From NCBI GenBank assembly GCA_963833125.1, contig CAWHWX010000004.1:1-64000 (forward strand): DNA of 64,000 nucleotides, in the 5' to 3' direction. This document shows, in pieces, positions 23,778 to 32,519 of the stretch. Under the pieces are notes generated by a model that was not told the origin of the DNA, searched no databases, and saw only the letters and a program-made list of their open reading frames with translations. The position numbers and the translations under genes are program-made. Source of the DNA: Candidatus Bathyarchaeota archaeon. Its GTDB lineage: Archaea; Thermoproteota; Bathyarchaeia; 40CM-2-53-6. The number at the start of each line of letters is the position of its first letter. Position 1 is the first letter of the stretch.

Positions 23778-25245
23778 CCCCGCGTAGCCTCCTCACATCG
23801 CGTATTCCCATGGCGCTGAGTATTTCGATTAGTTGATCATGCCACGAAGAAAGCAGGTTAACAAGCCGCTGCTCACCCCACTCCAAATCAAACTTCTCAG
23901 CAGCTATGCGACCAGATTCAGGTGAAGCGCATTCACCTAGAAATCGTGACTGTAATGCTACGAGAACTGTTGTATCTATCGCGACAAGGTCGGCTCCGCA
24001 GATAATCGCTTTCGGAACATGCTCGGCTCTAGTGATCCCGCCACTCGCGATGAGCGTCACATCATCCCTGAGCGATTCTGTAACGAGGGTCGTGTGGACC
24101 TTGCGAATCATGTCCTTGACATGCGACGGATCGTCGCTGGCCCATGATTGCCCGTGGTAGTTGGCTACGAGATGAATGACGTCGACCCCGTTTCGAACAA
24201 AATCGGCTGCCGTTTTGGCCGAGTCAATAGTCAACGGTAAGCGAACAGAGATTGGAGCGTTGGGGTTGACCTTCCGGATCTCTTGAACTGTTGATGAATC
24301 GTAACTTGCCAGTTCAATCAAGCGGGCGTCACGAATCCAACCGGCGTCGTCTCCGGGGTTACCGGAGCGAATTAGTGGGATGAGTTGGTCGCTGTTAGCT
24401 TCTCGAAGTTGTTTTGATTGAGCGGGTGTTGCTATGAAGATTGTATCGGCTCGAACTGATGCGCCCGCAACTGATTCCAATATGTTACGACTGTTTAGGT
24501 CGGGTGGTAGATAGTCGAAAATGATCGGTAGAGAGATTTCAATGGTTTTGGAAAACCGGCCGTCCTCCTTGTTGAACTCGAGGAACTTTCTCTTACTGCC
24601 GACATCCACTAGAGTTGAGATGAACTCTCTTCCATAAACGCCATCCCTTGTTGGCCTCACAATTTCGGACATGTCAGTCCAGATCGAATCCCAGCCTGGG
24701 CCGGCGAACGGCCCCTTGTATCCCATCCCTTTGATCGGTATCTTCCCTGTCTCAGCCTCGTACAGAACCGTGGCGACAGGTGAACCGCTTGTTGTCGCGG
24801 CCCCTTCTGAGGCCCAGTAAGAGTCAGCGAACTCGTAAAATTCGGGGTTGCGGTCAACTGTGCAAACGCCAGGGTACTCTTGGACGCACCGCATACACCC
24901 TGTACATTTTTCCTTAATCGGATGGAACCCACCGAGTGGTCCACTGAACGTTCCATAAATGCATGGCCTACTCACAAGCGCATGCCTGTACTCTTTCTCG
25001 CGTAGTTTCAATCCATACCCGAATGCTTCCTTCAAGATAATTCGTGCAAGCCCTACCTTGCTTACACGCGGATTGAATGGTGCAGGGAGTTTCTTCCGTG
25101 CGGGGGTGAGCTTGGTTTCGATCTTGTACCGCTGATAGGTATCGCGAAGCGCCGGATCAATGACGCTGTCTGGGCGGGTTTTGGGGTCGTCTAGCAAACT
25201 GAGCGCTCCATCCCCGCCATCTGTAATGAACCCGCACCATATCAC
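23707..25245 (-). CDS. Ferredoxin plus divergent glutamate synthase FMN-domain protein; real start possibly TTG 25197
   Basis: CTGCMRCVQE Fe-S motif, WTDMSEIVRPTRDG, IASGGI, AMGIRDVRRLRG. Confidence 0.8.
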   Translation of the reverse strand: MIWCGFITDGGDGALSLLDDPKTRPDSVIDPALRDTYQRYKIETKLTPARKKLPAPFNPRVSKVGLARIILKEAFGYGLKLREKEYRHALVSRPCIYGTFSGPLGGFHPIKEKCTGCMRCVQEYPGVCTVDRNPEFYEFADSYWASEGAATTSGSPVATVLYEAETGKIPIKGMGYKGPFAGPGWDSIWTDMSEIVRPTRDGVYGREFISTLVDVGSKRKFLEFNKEDGRFSKTIEISLPIIFDYLPPDLNSRNILESVAGASVRADTIFIATPAQSKQLREANSDQLIPLIRSGNPGDDAGWIRDARLIELASYDSSTVQEIRKVNPNAPISVRLPLTIDSAKTAADFVRNGVDVIHLVANYHGQSWASDDPSHVKDMIRKVHTTLVTESLRDDVTLIASGGITRAEHVPKAIICGADLVAIDTTVLVALQSRFLGECASPESGRIAAEKFDLEWGEQRLVNLLSSWHDQLIEILSAMGIRDVRRLRGDVGRAMFNEELEKEAFGDITRRN

Positions 25246-25338
25246 TTGAACAAATATAACTACTATGGGTCATTCACTAGACATTCAGATATCCTAACCT
25301 TATATTTGTGGATGAACGTTCAGAAAAGAGGCTCAAAC

Positions 25339-25800
25339 TTGGCAACAACTGGACGATTGGACATAGATGAAGTTGACAGGAAGATATTGAATGAACTGCT
25401 TCGTGATTGCCGGAGATCCTATCGATCCATAGCACGCAGAGCAGGAGTTTCAGTAGGAACCGTCCTATCCCGGATTCGTAGGCTCGAGAAGTCTGGTGTA
25501 ATCAAGGGTTACTCGGCCGTCCTCGATCATGACAAGCTTGGCTACCAATTGACTGTCCTAGCCGAGATTACAGTCTCGAAGGGTAAGTTGCTCGAAATGG
25601 AGGAAGCGATCGGAAAGCTACCGAACACTTGCGCAGTCTACGATGTAACCGGTCTAACTGATGCCGTTGTTCTCGCAAAGTTCCGAAGTCGTGAGGAATT
25701 AAGCAAATTCACCAAGAGCCTCCTCAGCATGCCCTTTGTCGATCGAAGCAACACTCACGTGGTTCTAACGACCGTTAAGGAAGACTTGCGTCTGTTGTGA
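25339..25800 (+). CDS. Lrp/AsnC family transcriptional regulator
   Basis: DEVDRKILNELLRDCRRSYRSIARRAGVS HTH, RLEKSGVIKGY, YDVTG; TTG start at 25339. Confidence 0.93.
   Translation: MATTGRLDIDEVDRKILNELLRDCRRSYRSIARRAGVSVGTVLSRIRRLEKSGVIKGYSAVLDHDKLGYQLTVLAEITVSKGKLLEMEEAIGKLPNTCAVYDVTGLTDAVVLAKFRSREELSKFTKSLLSMPFVDRSNTHVVLTTVKEDLRLL
25742..25800 (+). repeat. attL-like repeat: recoded 3' end of the Lrp gene
   Basis: atcgaagcaacactcacgtggttctaacgaccgttaaggaagacttgcgtctgttgtga encodes RSNTHVVLTTVKEDLRLL*. Confidence 0.9.
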
Positions 25801-25821
25801 ATTATACTAAAGAAGACCTAT

Positions 25822-26091
25822 TCATTTACCACGTTTGCCGTAGCGTTCTAGTTCTTGCGCCCTATACATAGTAGCCCTGGTACAGAACTCTTTGGCTATG
25901 CAGTAGAACAGTTTGGCGGCATCCTCATCCTCTGAGAGATAGCAAGATTGGCTACTGAACTCTAAATGCTTCTTGAAAGCACTAATGAATTTTCGGTGTA
26001 GCTTTTGATAGAAGTAGACCCGCCTAGCTTCGTTCTCAGTTGGTAAATCGTATTCGACGACGTACAACCAATTCACCAGAGACACATGCAT
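25822..26091 (-). CDS. Stand-alone Cas2/VapD-like small protein
   Basis: 89 aa; YVVEYDLP...RR..FYQKL...SSQSCY matches the Cas2/VapD YD and QxS pattern; SD AGGTG directly before the ATG. Confidence 0.55.
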   Translation of the reverse strand: MHVSLVNWLYVVEYDLPTENEARRVYFYQKLHRKFISAFKKHLEFSSQSCYLSEDEDAAKLFYCIAKEFCTRATMYRAQELERYGKRGK

Positions 26092-26172
26092 ACACCTGTA
26101 AGATATATGGGTTGCCGCCCCAATTAAAGCTTACGTTCGTATGCATCACACGGTATGTATACAGGTGTATGC
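26088..26172. repeat. Perfect 13-bp inverted repeat flanking a 59-bp promoter-like spacer
   Basis: gcatacacctgta (26088-26100) and tacaggtgtatgc (26160-26172). Confidence 0.85.
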
Positions 26173-26407
26173 TATGCTATGCTTGCCATAGCTTAGGAAT
26201 TTTTCAGGGGAGATAACGAATTATCCCCAACCTCTAAAGACGCTTTAGCCCCTACCTCTTTGAAGAGCCTGTATTCGTGAGATGGCAACTGCAATTACAG
26301 TCTGTTGTTCCCACTACGCCGTAGTGAGTTATTCCATTTGGCTTGTTTGCTCTTTCAAGGCCCTTACAAAAGTCGTTATGTTCCAATCACAATCACCTCG
26401 TTTCTAG

Positions 26408-26638
26408 CTAAGGCCAGAAACCACCGTTAATGCAGCCCACTTCCTCGCATCTGTGAGGTGGGTTGTGCCCAAAATCCAGAGCACATTTGCATATGTGAGT
26501 CGGGTGCTCCGTAGTCTGTCTAAATTCAGGGCATTTTGTCACAATTATCATCGCAAAGGAATCTAAGCGGTGCAGATACTTTACATAGCAAGGGAGTTTT
26601 GTGACCTCATAGTACCGTGAAAGTGTTCCTACACCCAA
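26408..26638 (-). CDS. Small Cys/His-rich hypothetical protein (element cargo)
   Basis: CPEF...HICKCALDFGHNPPHRCEEVGC; start uncertain. Confidence 0.4.
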   Translation of the reverse strand: MGVGTLSRYYEVTKLPCYVKYLHRLDSFAMIIVTKCPEFRQTTEHPTHICKCALDFGHNPPHRCEEVGCINGGFWP

Positions 26639-26681
26639 TCGCTAATAATCGCAAGATGATTAGTTGACGTCTTGAAAGCTT

Positions 26682-27134
26682 ATGAATCGTTGGATGATTG
26701 CGACTGTAATTCTAAGTGTTGCGTGCGTAGCATTAACTGGAACTTCTGTAGCATTCTATAGCGAGTTACAAACCGCAACTAAGACGCAAAACGGCGGACT
26801 CACCTACATCGGGTCAATTACTAATTTCTCTGAGAATTATAACTTAACGTACGGCTCAATTACGGTTAACTACGTGTCAGCAGGTAGCGAAGGAGGCGGC
26901 GTAGCCCTATACTCTAACGATACGTCAGTGCGTGTTCTGATGGTAGTTCATTATCGAGGTTTCATAAACACGATAGTTTTAACTCCATACCAAGCAGGCA
27001 CATTCACGACTGCCGTCGGCGGTCAGGAATACATTGCTTGGTCGGAAACTAATATTGGTCCCTACAACAACGAGTATGAAGCTCTCGTTCCTTCGGGTAC
27101 TACCGAGCTTGATTTCTACATTCTAACTAACTAG
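26682..27134 (+). CDS. Membrane-anchored/secreted hypothetical protein (element cargo)
   Basis: N-terminal hydrophobic helix, beta-rich body, N-glycosylation sequons NFS/NLT/NDT. Confidence 0.7.
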   Translation: MNRWMIATVILSVACVALTGTSVAFYSELQTATKTQNGGLTYIGSITNFSENYNLTYGSITVNYVSAGSEGGGVALYSNDTSVRVLMVVHYRGFINTIVLTPYQAGTFTTAVGGQEYIAWSETNIGPYNNEYEALVPSGTTELDFYILTN

Positions 27135-27230
27135 GCATTATTCATTGCAGAACTAAAACCACAGCTACCCACATTTAAGGTAAAGACAAATGGCTAACAC
27201 TAGTTCAAAAAATGCAGGTAAGGATGGAAT

Positions 27231-27491
27231 ATGATTCATGAAAAACGGCTAAACGCCGTAATTAATAGACATGGAGAGGCATTGCTGAGAGCCTTAGAAG
27301 ACGCTCCTAACCACCAAGGGCCCATTCAACTCTCTCTCGATGGAGTTGTTGATGTCTCAAATGCTCTAGCCGCTATCGCAATGTACCGTTCAACTAAACG
27401 TCTCGAACGATTAACTGGAGCACTTGTAGCACTTACTGGCGTCTTGGCAATTCTGACAGCAACTCTCGTTTGGGAAGCTTTCTTCAAGTGA
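27231..27491 (+). CDS. Small protein with C-terminal TM helix (element cargo)
   Basis: STKRLERLTGALVALTGVLAILTATLVW. Confidence 0.6.
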   Translation: MIHEKRLNAVINRHGEALLRALEDAPNHQGPIQLSLDGVVDVSNALAAIAMYRSTKRLERLTGALVALTGVLAILTATLVWEAFFK

Positions 27492-27632
27492 ATTTAGGGG
27501 TTTCACTTTCCCTTGCGGAAATAGGCTAACGCGTCCTTTTGTAAAATGAACTCGAACCCTGCCTCAATTGGCCTGGTATCTGATTCAACGTTTTTCAGTT
27601 TGGAAAGTTACTGTTTAGTCTCGTTGTTCGCC

Positions 27633-27788
27633 ATGCAGTGTCCCAAATGTGGTGAGGCAATGAGTTACTTGAAATTCTCTTGGTACTGCATTTTAGATGA
27701 CGTTTGTTTGGACAAATTCGGTAATCCTCTCAACAGGTTCGACCCGAATTATATGGCTAATACCCATGTACTTAGCAGCATTACCTAG
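27633..27788 (+). CDS. Zinc-finger microprotein (element cargo)
   Basis: MQCPKCG...WYC..DDVC; overlaps an antisense ORF. Confidence 0.45.
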   Translation: MQCPKCGEAMSYLKFSWYCILDDVCLDKFGNPLNRFDPNYMANTHVLSSIT

Positions 27789-28103
27789 AGTTGCAGTCTG
27801 CGTGGAAGCATACTGACCGGGGTAGTCCTCGTAAGTAACATTCCGTGATTGGATTGATGGGTTTTGAGATGGATAAACGAGCCCTGCTTGTTTATCCAAT
27901 TTCTGTGCTTGTGCTGGACTGAAAAGGTTGAATGATGTTCCGTAAGTTATGACTTGATGCTTGGAAATACCACTTGAATAGATCACTGGAACGAGAGTAA
28001 CGAAAGCTAATGCCACAAAGACGCACGCATAAACTCTCCTAGAGAGTGAGCCTTGGTCTGGGCGCATCAATATTTTTGCAGGTCCCCTAATAGACACAGC
28101 CAC
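27693..28103 (-). CDS. Hypothetical membrane-anchored protein (element cargo)
   Basis: ORF track; hydrophobic VFVALAFVTLVPVIY segment; 3' end uncertain. Confidence 0.5.
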   Translation of the reverse strand: MAVSIRGPAKILMRPDQGSLSRRVYACVFVALAFVTLVPVIYSSGISKHQVITYGTSFNLFSPAQAQKLDKQAGLVYPSQNPSIQSRNVTYEDYPGQYASTQTATLGNAAKYMGISHIIRVEPVERITEFVQTNVI

Positions 28104-28180
28104 GAACTTAGCCGTTCTGAAAAACGTTGGTTGCGCAAGGTTAGTCTTAAACTAAAAATATGACATTTTTGGTCTAGACG

Positions 28181-28417
28181 TTACGGGAGCGGACTTGCGG
28201 TAATAGCGACCAAAAATCTTTCCTTTAACCACTTACAATCGATGATTTCCATTCCAGTATCTGAGTAAATAGCGGAAAGCTCCGAAAAGCTGAACCCTTT
28301 ATTCCAATATAGTCCGTACATCCCAGAAAGGGGAAGCCCTAGATTAACGATAGTCTGCGTGATAGGTTTCGGCAGCATACTCAGAATTGAGTCTCTTACA
28401 CGCATAAGTAGACGCAT
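28181..28417 (-). pseudogene. Truncated gene fragment, possibly the C-terminus of a SAM methyltransferase
   Basis: GFSFSELSAIYSDTGMEII resembles class I MTase C-termini; the frame extends only ~20 codons upstream to a stop. Confidence 0.35.
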
Positions 28418-28624
28418 ACGAACTGTCGAATTAGTAAGAACTTTTGACCATTCAAAATGTACTGCTTGGCTTCTCTACGTTCCTGATTAGTGGACGCACG
28501 GACGTGTTCCTTCTGACTTGTCTCTGAGATGTCTGTAGGGTGCGGACCTTGCGGCATCCGTTCTGTGGGTGCGGCAGCCTTCCTCAGATTTCAGGCTTCA
28601 GGTGGCGGCCCTTAACGCTTATTT

Positions 28625-28683
28625 ATCGAAGCAACACCCACGTGGTTCTGACGACCGTCAAGGAAGACTTACGCCTCCTCTAA
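28625..28683 (+). repeat. attR-like repeat: displaced original 3' end of the Lrp gene
   Basis: atcgaagcaacacccacgtggttctgacgaccgtcaaggaagacttacgcctcctctaa encodes the same peptide; 13-bp identical core atcgaagcaacac. Confidence 0.9.
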
Positions 28684-28700
28684 CCTAGGAGGAGGGCTGG

Positions 28701-29717
28701 TTGGCTTATGCGTCCCGACGATCAAGCTATCTAATCGCGGCCTTCGGCGCAGTCATTCAAGTCTTCGTATGGTGGTGGGACGCACTCTCGCAGGTGCTAT
28801 TTGGAAACGTGGGCTCTTGGTGGATCCCAACACACTTGGCATTCTATGCAGCCATTGCGATAACAGTCATCGGAGTTTGGCAAGGTTTCCGGTATTCCCC
28901 GAAACTAACTCCCCTTTCGCTCAGCCCGATTCGATTTGTGAACATCGCGGGGTTGAAGCTTGCCGGAGTGGGTTGCTTAATCGAGATCATAGCAAGTATC
29001 TGGAATGAAATCTTTCACCGCGCCCTTCTGGACCATCCTGGGATTAGTCCTGCAAACGCGCTGCTCACGGTTGGAATGTTAACTGTGAACCTTGGCATTG
29101 TGATCGGGTTGGTAATTGAGGGTGGGATCATTAGCCACGGGCTCGTCATTAGCGTCCGCTGCAAGGCGACGTGTAGTTGCTCTTTTCGTTTTGTTGAGTT
29201 TCTCTTCGATATGGCTTGCCGTTGCCGGCGCTTTCATTTTCCTCGGACGGACATTTCGTTCATTCCCAGCGAATTGGTTAGTCGCAGGTTTTGCTCGCTT
29301 TCATGGCGACATTCGTCGTTCGTCCCTGTGAAGAAGGTAATGCCAAGGTTCGGATCAGTCGTCGCCGTTGGATTTGCTTTCAACGCTGTAACGTACATTG
29401 TTGTCGCGGTCTATTCAGGCATGCCTTTCTACTTTCCTTGGGGGTTTCTCCCCGTCATTTTGTTTGATTTGGTCTTGTACGTTCTGACTCCGATCGTCGG
29501 TTTCAAGCGTACTATCATCTTTTCATCGTTAATCGTGGGTGTGTTTTTCTGGGCGACCTACTACCCGTTCACAATTTACTTGTTCCCTTGGTCGTTTGCG
29601 TTCCAACTCCCAGTCTTTGCTGTGGTTCTGGGAAGTGTGGTCGGAGGGTTAACGGGGAATAAGGTCTACGCGAGTCTCTCCTCAGTAGTCCTTAGTGACG
29701 TTGCAGTTTCCGTGTGA
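28701..29717 (+). CDS. Polytopic membrane protein with WD/WN-xxx-H...P-x-H type motifs; compensating frameshifts ~29150-29310
   Basis: SD AGGAGG before TTG; many TM segments; the hydrophobic middle section is in ORF 29116-29331. Confidence 0.7.
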   Translation: MAYASRRSSYLIAAFGAVIQVFVWWWDALSQVLFGNVGSWWIPTHLAFYAAIAITVIGVWQGFRYSPKLTPLSLSPIRFVNIAGLKLAGVGCLIEIIASIWNEIFHRALLDHPGISPANALLTVGMLTVNLGIVIGLVIEGGIISHGLVISVRCKATCSCSFRFVEFLFDMACRCRRFHFPRTDISFIPSELVSRRFCSLSWRHSSFVPVKKVMPRFGSVVAVGFAFNAVTYIVVAVYSGMPFYFPWGFLPVILFDLVLYVLTPIVGFKRTIIFSSLIVGVFFWATYYPFTIYLFPWSFAFQLPVFAVVLGSVVGGLTGNKVYASLSSVVLSDVAVSV

Positions 29718-29725
29718 GCTGTTGT

Positions 29726-30388
29726 CTATTCTCTCGTCACGAAGATGTCAGAGGCAACGTTCAGACTGAGAGGATAGGAATTGCCTCCTACTTTCACCAT
29801 CATCGGCCCTTCAAATGGGGCCTTCTCTTCTACAGCTATTTTCACGCCCGGGAACATACCTAGCGTGGCTAGGTAGCGGAGGAGTTCACTGTTTTCGTCC
29901 GGTATCTGTGCTACAACCGCTGTTTGGCCGGTTTGGAGATGTGAGAGGGCTTCGCTTCTGAGCGGAGTCATTGAACCATTTTCGTCTGGGATCGGATTAC
30001 CGTGAGGACAGGTCTGCGGGTCCCCAAGTGTCTTTTGGATTGAATTGGCGAGCTGTTCGCTTATGGAATGCTCTAACCTGCACGCTTCATCATGCGTCTC
30101 AGTCCAGCCCAGATGGAGTACATCGGTAAGCAACCTCTCAGCCAGTCGATGACGCCTGAATACGGACAACGCCATCTTCCGACCGCCTTCAGTTAGTTTG
30201 ACACCCTTGTATGGTTCCCTAACGACCAGACCTTTGCCCTCTAGAACTTCTAGGGTGTTTGTCACGCTGCCTGGGGTTATCTTGAGAACCTTGGCGATAT
30301 CCCCAGTTCGTGCAGCTCCGGTCTTGGTTTCTAGGTTGTAGATTGTCTTGAGGTACATTTCGGGTGCGGTGAAAAATTCATGGCTCAA
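29726..30388 (-). CDS. DtxR/MntR family metal-dependent regulator with FeoA domain
   Basis: EMYLKTIY, RRHRLAERLL, EACRLEH, CPHGNPIP, C-terminal FeoA. Confidence 0.95.
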   Translation of the reverse strand: MSHEFFTAPEMYLKTIYNLETKTGAARTGDIAKVLKITPGSVTNTLEVLEGKGLVVREPYKGVKLTEGGRKMALSVFRRHRLAERLLTDVLHLGWTETHDEACRLEHSISEQLANSIQKTLGDPQTCPHGNPIPDENGSMTPLRSEALSHLQTGQTAVVAQIPDENSELLRYLATLGMFPGVKIAVEEKAPFEGPMMVKVGGNSYPLSLNVASDIFVTRE

Positions 30389-30522
30389 AAGTCAAACTTT
30401 CCTCGACTTTGATTTATCGTATGCCAGAGTGAGCCAAGTCGCAGAAAGATTCTTGGCATGTAGTATAAGTGTTCTATAGGTGACGAAACCTAGGGTAAGT
30501 ATCAAACGAGGAGCTCAGTCTC

Positions 30523-31164
30523 TTGGTGGGAAGGAAACCTGAGAAGAAAACGTTCGGACGTGACGGACCCCCGAGTGGTTATCCCAAAGATCAGTCATTG
30601 TACGCCGACCCGGAAAACTGGCGTTACCCGCTAGATACATCTTGGCATGCGCGGGCTGCACGCCGTTATTTTGATGACCCCTCTAACCGGTACAAGTACT
30701 CATCCGAAGAACAAGAGTACATTGATTCACGAATCGATCAGGCTCTCCAGAAACTCGGCGCCCAAGGCACAACAGCAGAACGTCGCAAACGCCCCTCCCC
30801 CGCTAAGGTCCCCTCAGGGAATGAGGGGCGCTCATTGGAACAACTGTTAAGATTGTTCTTGGGAGATCCAAGGCTTCACCGTGCCAGAGAAATCGACGAT
30901 TCAGTTGTCTCGATATCTCAAGAGAGCTCGACTATGATTGAAGGCAAGGTCAAGGATTATTCAGTTCGAATTGATCTTGCCAATCACACAATTCTCCATG
31001 ACTGCCAAGACTGGCGCAACAACGTAGACTCAAAAAACATGTGCAAACACCTAGGAAAATTTATGCTGATGTTGGATGAAGGAAGGGCTACAGAGATCCT
31101 CAAGCAGGTACTCAGGGAGATAGGCCAGTGGTCGTTCGTTGCACCAGAAGCCCGGACCGATTAG
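30523..31164 (+). CDS. Hypothetical protein with C-terminal SWIM zinc finger
   Basis: HDCQDW...MCKHLGK; N-terminal YADPENWRYPLDT..HARAARRYF module. Confidence 0.7.
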   Translation: MVGRKPEKKTFGRDGPPSGYPKDQSLYADPENWRYPLDTSWHARAARRYFDDPSNRYKYSSEEQEYIDSRIDQALQKLGAQGTTAERRKRPSPAKVPSGNEGRSLEQLLRLFLGDPRLHRAREIDDSVVSISQESSTMIEGKVKDYSVRIDLANHTILHDCQDWRNNVDSKNMCKHLGKFMLMLDEGRATEILKQVLREIGQWSFVAPEARTD

Positions 31165-32444
31165 GCGGCCGAAGTTGAGAATCTCTTGAGTATTCTCATG
31201 ATCTCGTATCCGTGTTTTATCGTCCCGAGTTTTCCTTTTCTGGCATAGGTTTCGGTAAATCGCTTTGATCCGTTACTATGAACCCCCGGGCCGGAGATGA
31301 GTAAGGGTACTGGATCATCTGTGTGACCTTTCGCCAAGCAGGGAGTTGAATGGTCTGCGGTTACGCAAAGGAAAGTTGAGCTTAGATCTCCAAGTCTTGA
31401 AAAGAATGCTTCGTCAATATCTTCAATGGCTTTCTTCTTCCCTTCAAAGTCCCCGTCATGCCCGGGTTCATCTGGGCCTTTCAGGTGAACGTAAACGAAA
31501 TCGTATTCGCCCATTAGTCGCAACGCTTCCACCCCTCGCTGTGAATATCCCTCCAATGATCGGTCAGGAGGAAAGATTCGGGTGTCGATTCCGATGACTT
31601 TGGCTATACCTAATTCAACAGGCATGTCGGCCACGGCTACACCTCGAAAACCAAATTTCTGATGTAGCGTCCTAACCTTGGGTATCTTTGTCCCCGCATC
31701 TCGCATCAGAAGAAAGTTAGCTGGTTGATCGCCTCTTGCTGCTCTACTCACATTTACCTTATGGGTTTCAAGCACCGAATTGACTAGAGCGGCAAACTGG
31801 TTCAGCATGTCTGCTGTACGGCGAGCTACCGTAGTCTTGTTTAGTGGGACGCATTTGGGAATGGGAGTTGGAAGTTTGACGTCTGTCTTGGCGATTGTTA
31901 TCTTTCCTTGACGCTCATACGCCGGGTCGAGGTTTGAGATAGCTGCTGACAGGCGCGGGCCTTTTCCTCGAAAGACAAGTGCGCAGCGGTGTCCAATGGT
32001 GGACTTAAGTTCAAAGTCGATAAGGCTCCTCAATTTCTCATTGGTATTAACCGCTTCAACAAGCTGAGCAGCCTCCTCCGAGGTGACATTTCTTCCTGCT
32101 CTCCGATCTACAATCTGGCCGCCCCGTGCCGTTGCGAAATTACACCTCAGTGCCAGATCGCCGGTGTTGAATTGGATACCAGATCCGATTGCCTCTACAA
32201 CGCCCCTTGACAACTCTAGACGTGTAGGGTCGTAGCTAAGGAGCGAGAAAACACCCGCGTCACTCTCGGGGGCAACTCCGCGTTTGACGGTGTAAACTAT
32301 TCCCATTCTGCCTTTCGTCGTGAACTTGTCTAGGTTTGGTGTCAGCGCGGCCTCTAGAGGGGTCTTGTTCCCATATTCTGGAGTGGGTCGGTCGCCGACG
32401 CCGTCTAGGACTACAAATAGTATTGGATGTGCCAAGTTTGCCAT
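31161..32444 (-). CDS. apgM: 2,3-BPG-independent phosphoglycerate mutase (archaeal)
   Basis: [36 protein letters not shown]. Confidence 0.93.
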   Translation of the reverse strand: MANLAHPILFVVLDGVGDRPTPEYGNKTPLEAALTPNLDKFTTKGRMGIVYTVKRGVAPESDAGVFSLLSYDPTRLELSRGVVEAIGSGIQFNTGDLALRCNFATARGGQIVDRRAGRNVTSEEAAQLVEAVNTNEKLRSLIDFELKSTIGHRCALVFRGKGPRLSAAISNLDPAYERQGKITIAKTDVKLPTPIPKCVPLNKTTVARRTADMLNQFAALVNSVLETHKVNVSRAARGDQPANFLLMRDAGTKIPKVRTLHQKFGFRGVAVADMPVELGIAKVIGIDTRIFPPDRSLEGYSQRGVEALRLMGEYDFVYVHLKGPDEPGHDGDFEGKKKAIEDIDEAFFSRLGDLSSTFLCVTADHSTPCLAKGHTDDPVPLLISGPGVHSNGSKRFTETYARKGKLGTIKHGYEIMRILKRFSTSAA

Positions 32445-32519
32445 CGCTTTCCGCGTTAGTTTTGGCGTTCAATATATTGATAGAGTTGAGGCTTGCAAGG
32501 GCCTGCTGTGAACACCCTG

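Larger units (their letters stand above)
25742..28683. mobile_element. Integrated element (~2.9 kb, no integrase seen) inserted in the 3' end of the Lrp gene; probably a provirus/plasmid remnant or satellite
   Basis: Flanking 59-bp direct repeat 25742-25800 and 28625-28683 (50/59 identical, all differences synonymous); interior looks more AT-rich and has short orphan ORFs. Confidence 0.85.

Noticed and set aside
25800-28625. CRISPR array or cas operon near the Cas2-like gene
   Set aside because: No regularly spaced repeats and no cas1 or other cas genes are visible in the window.
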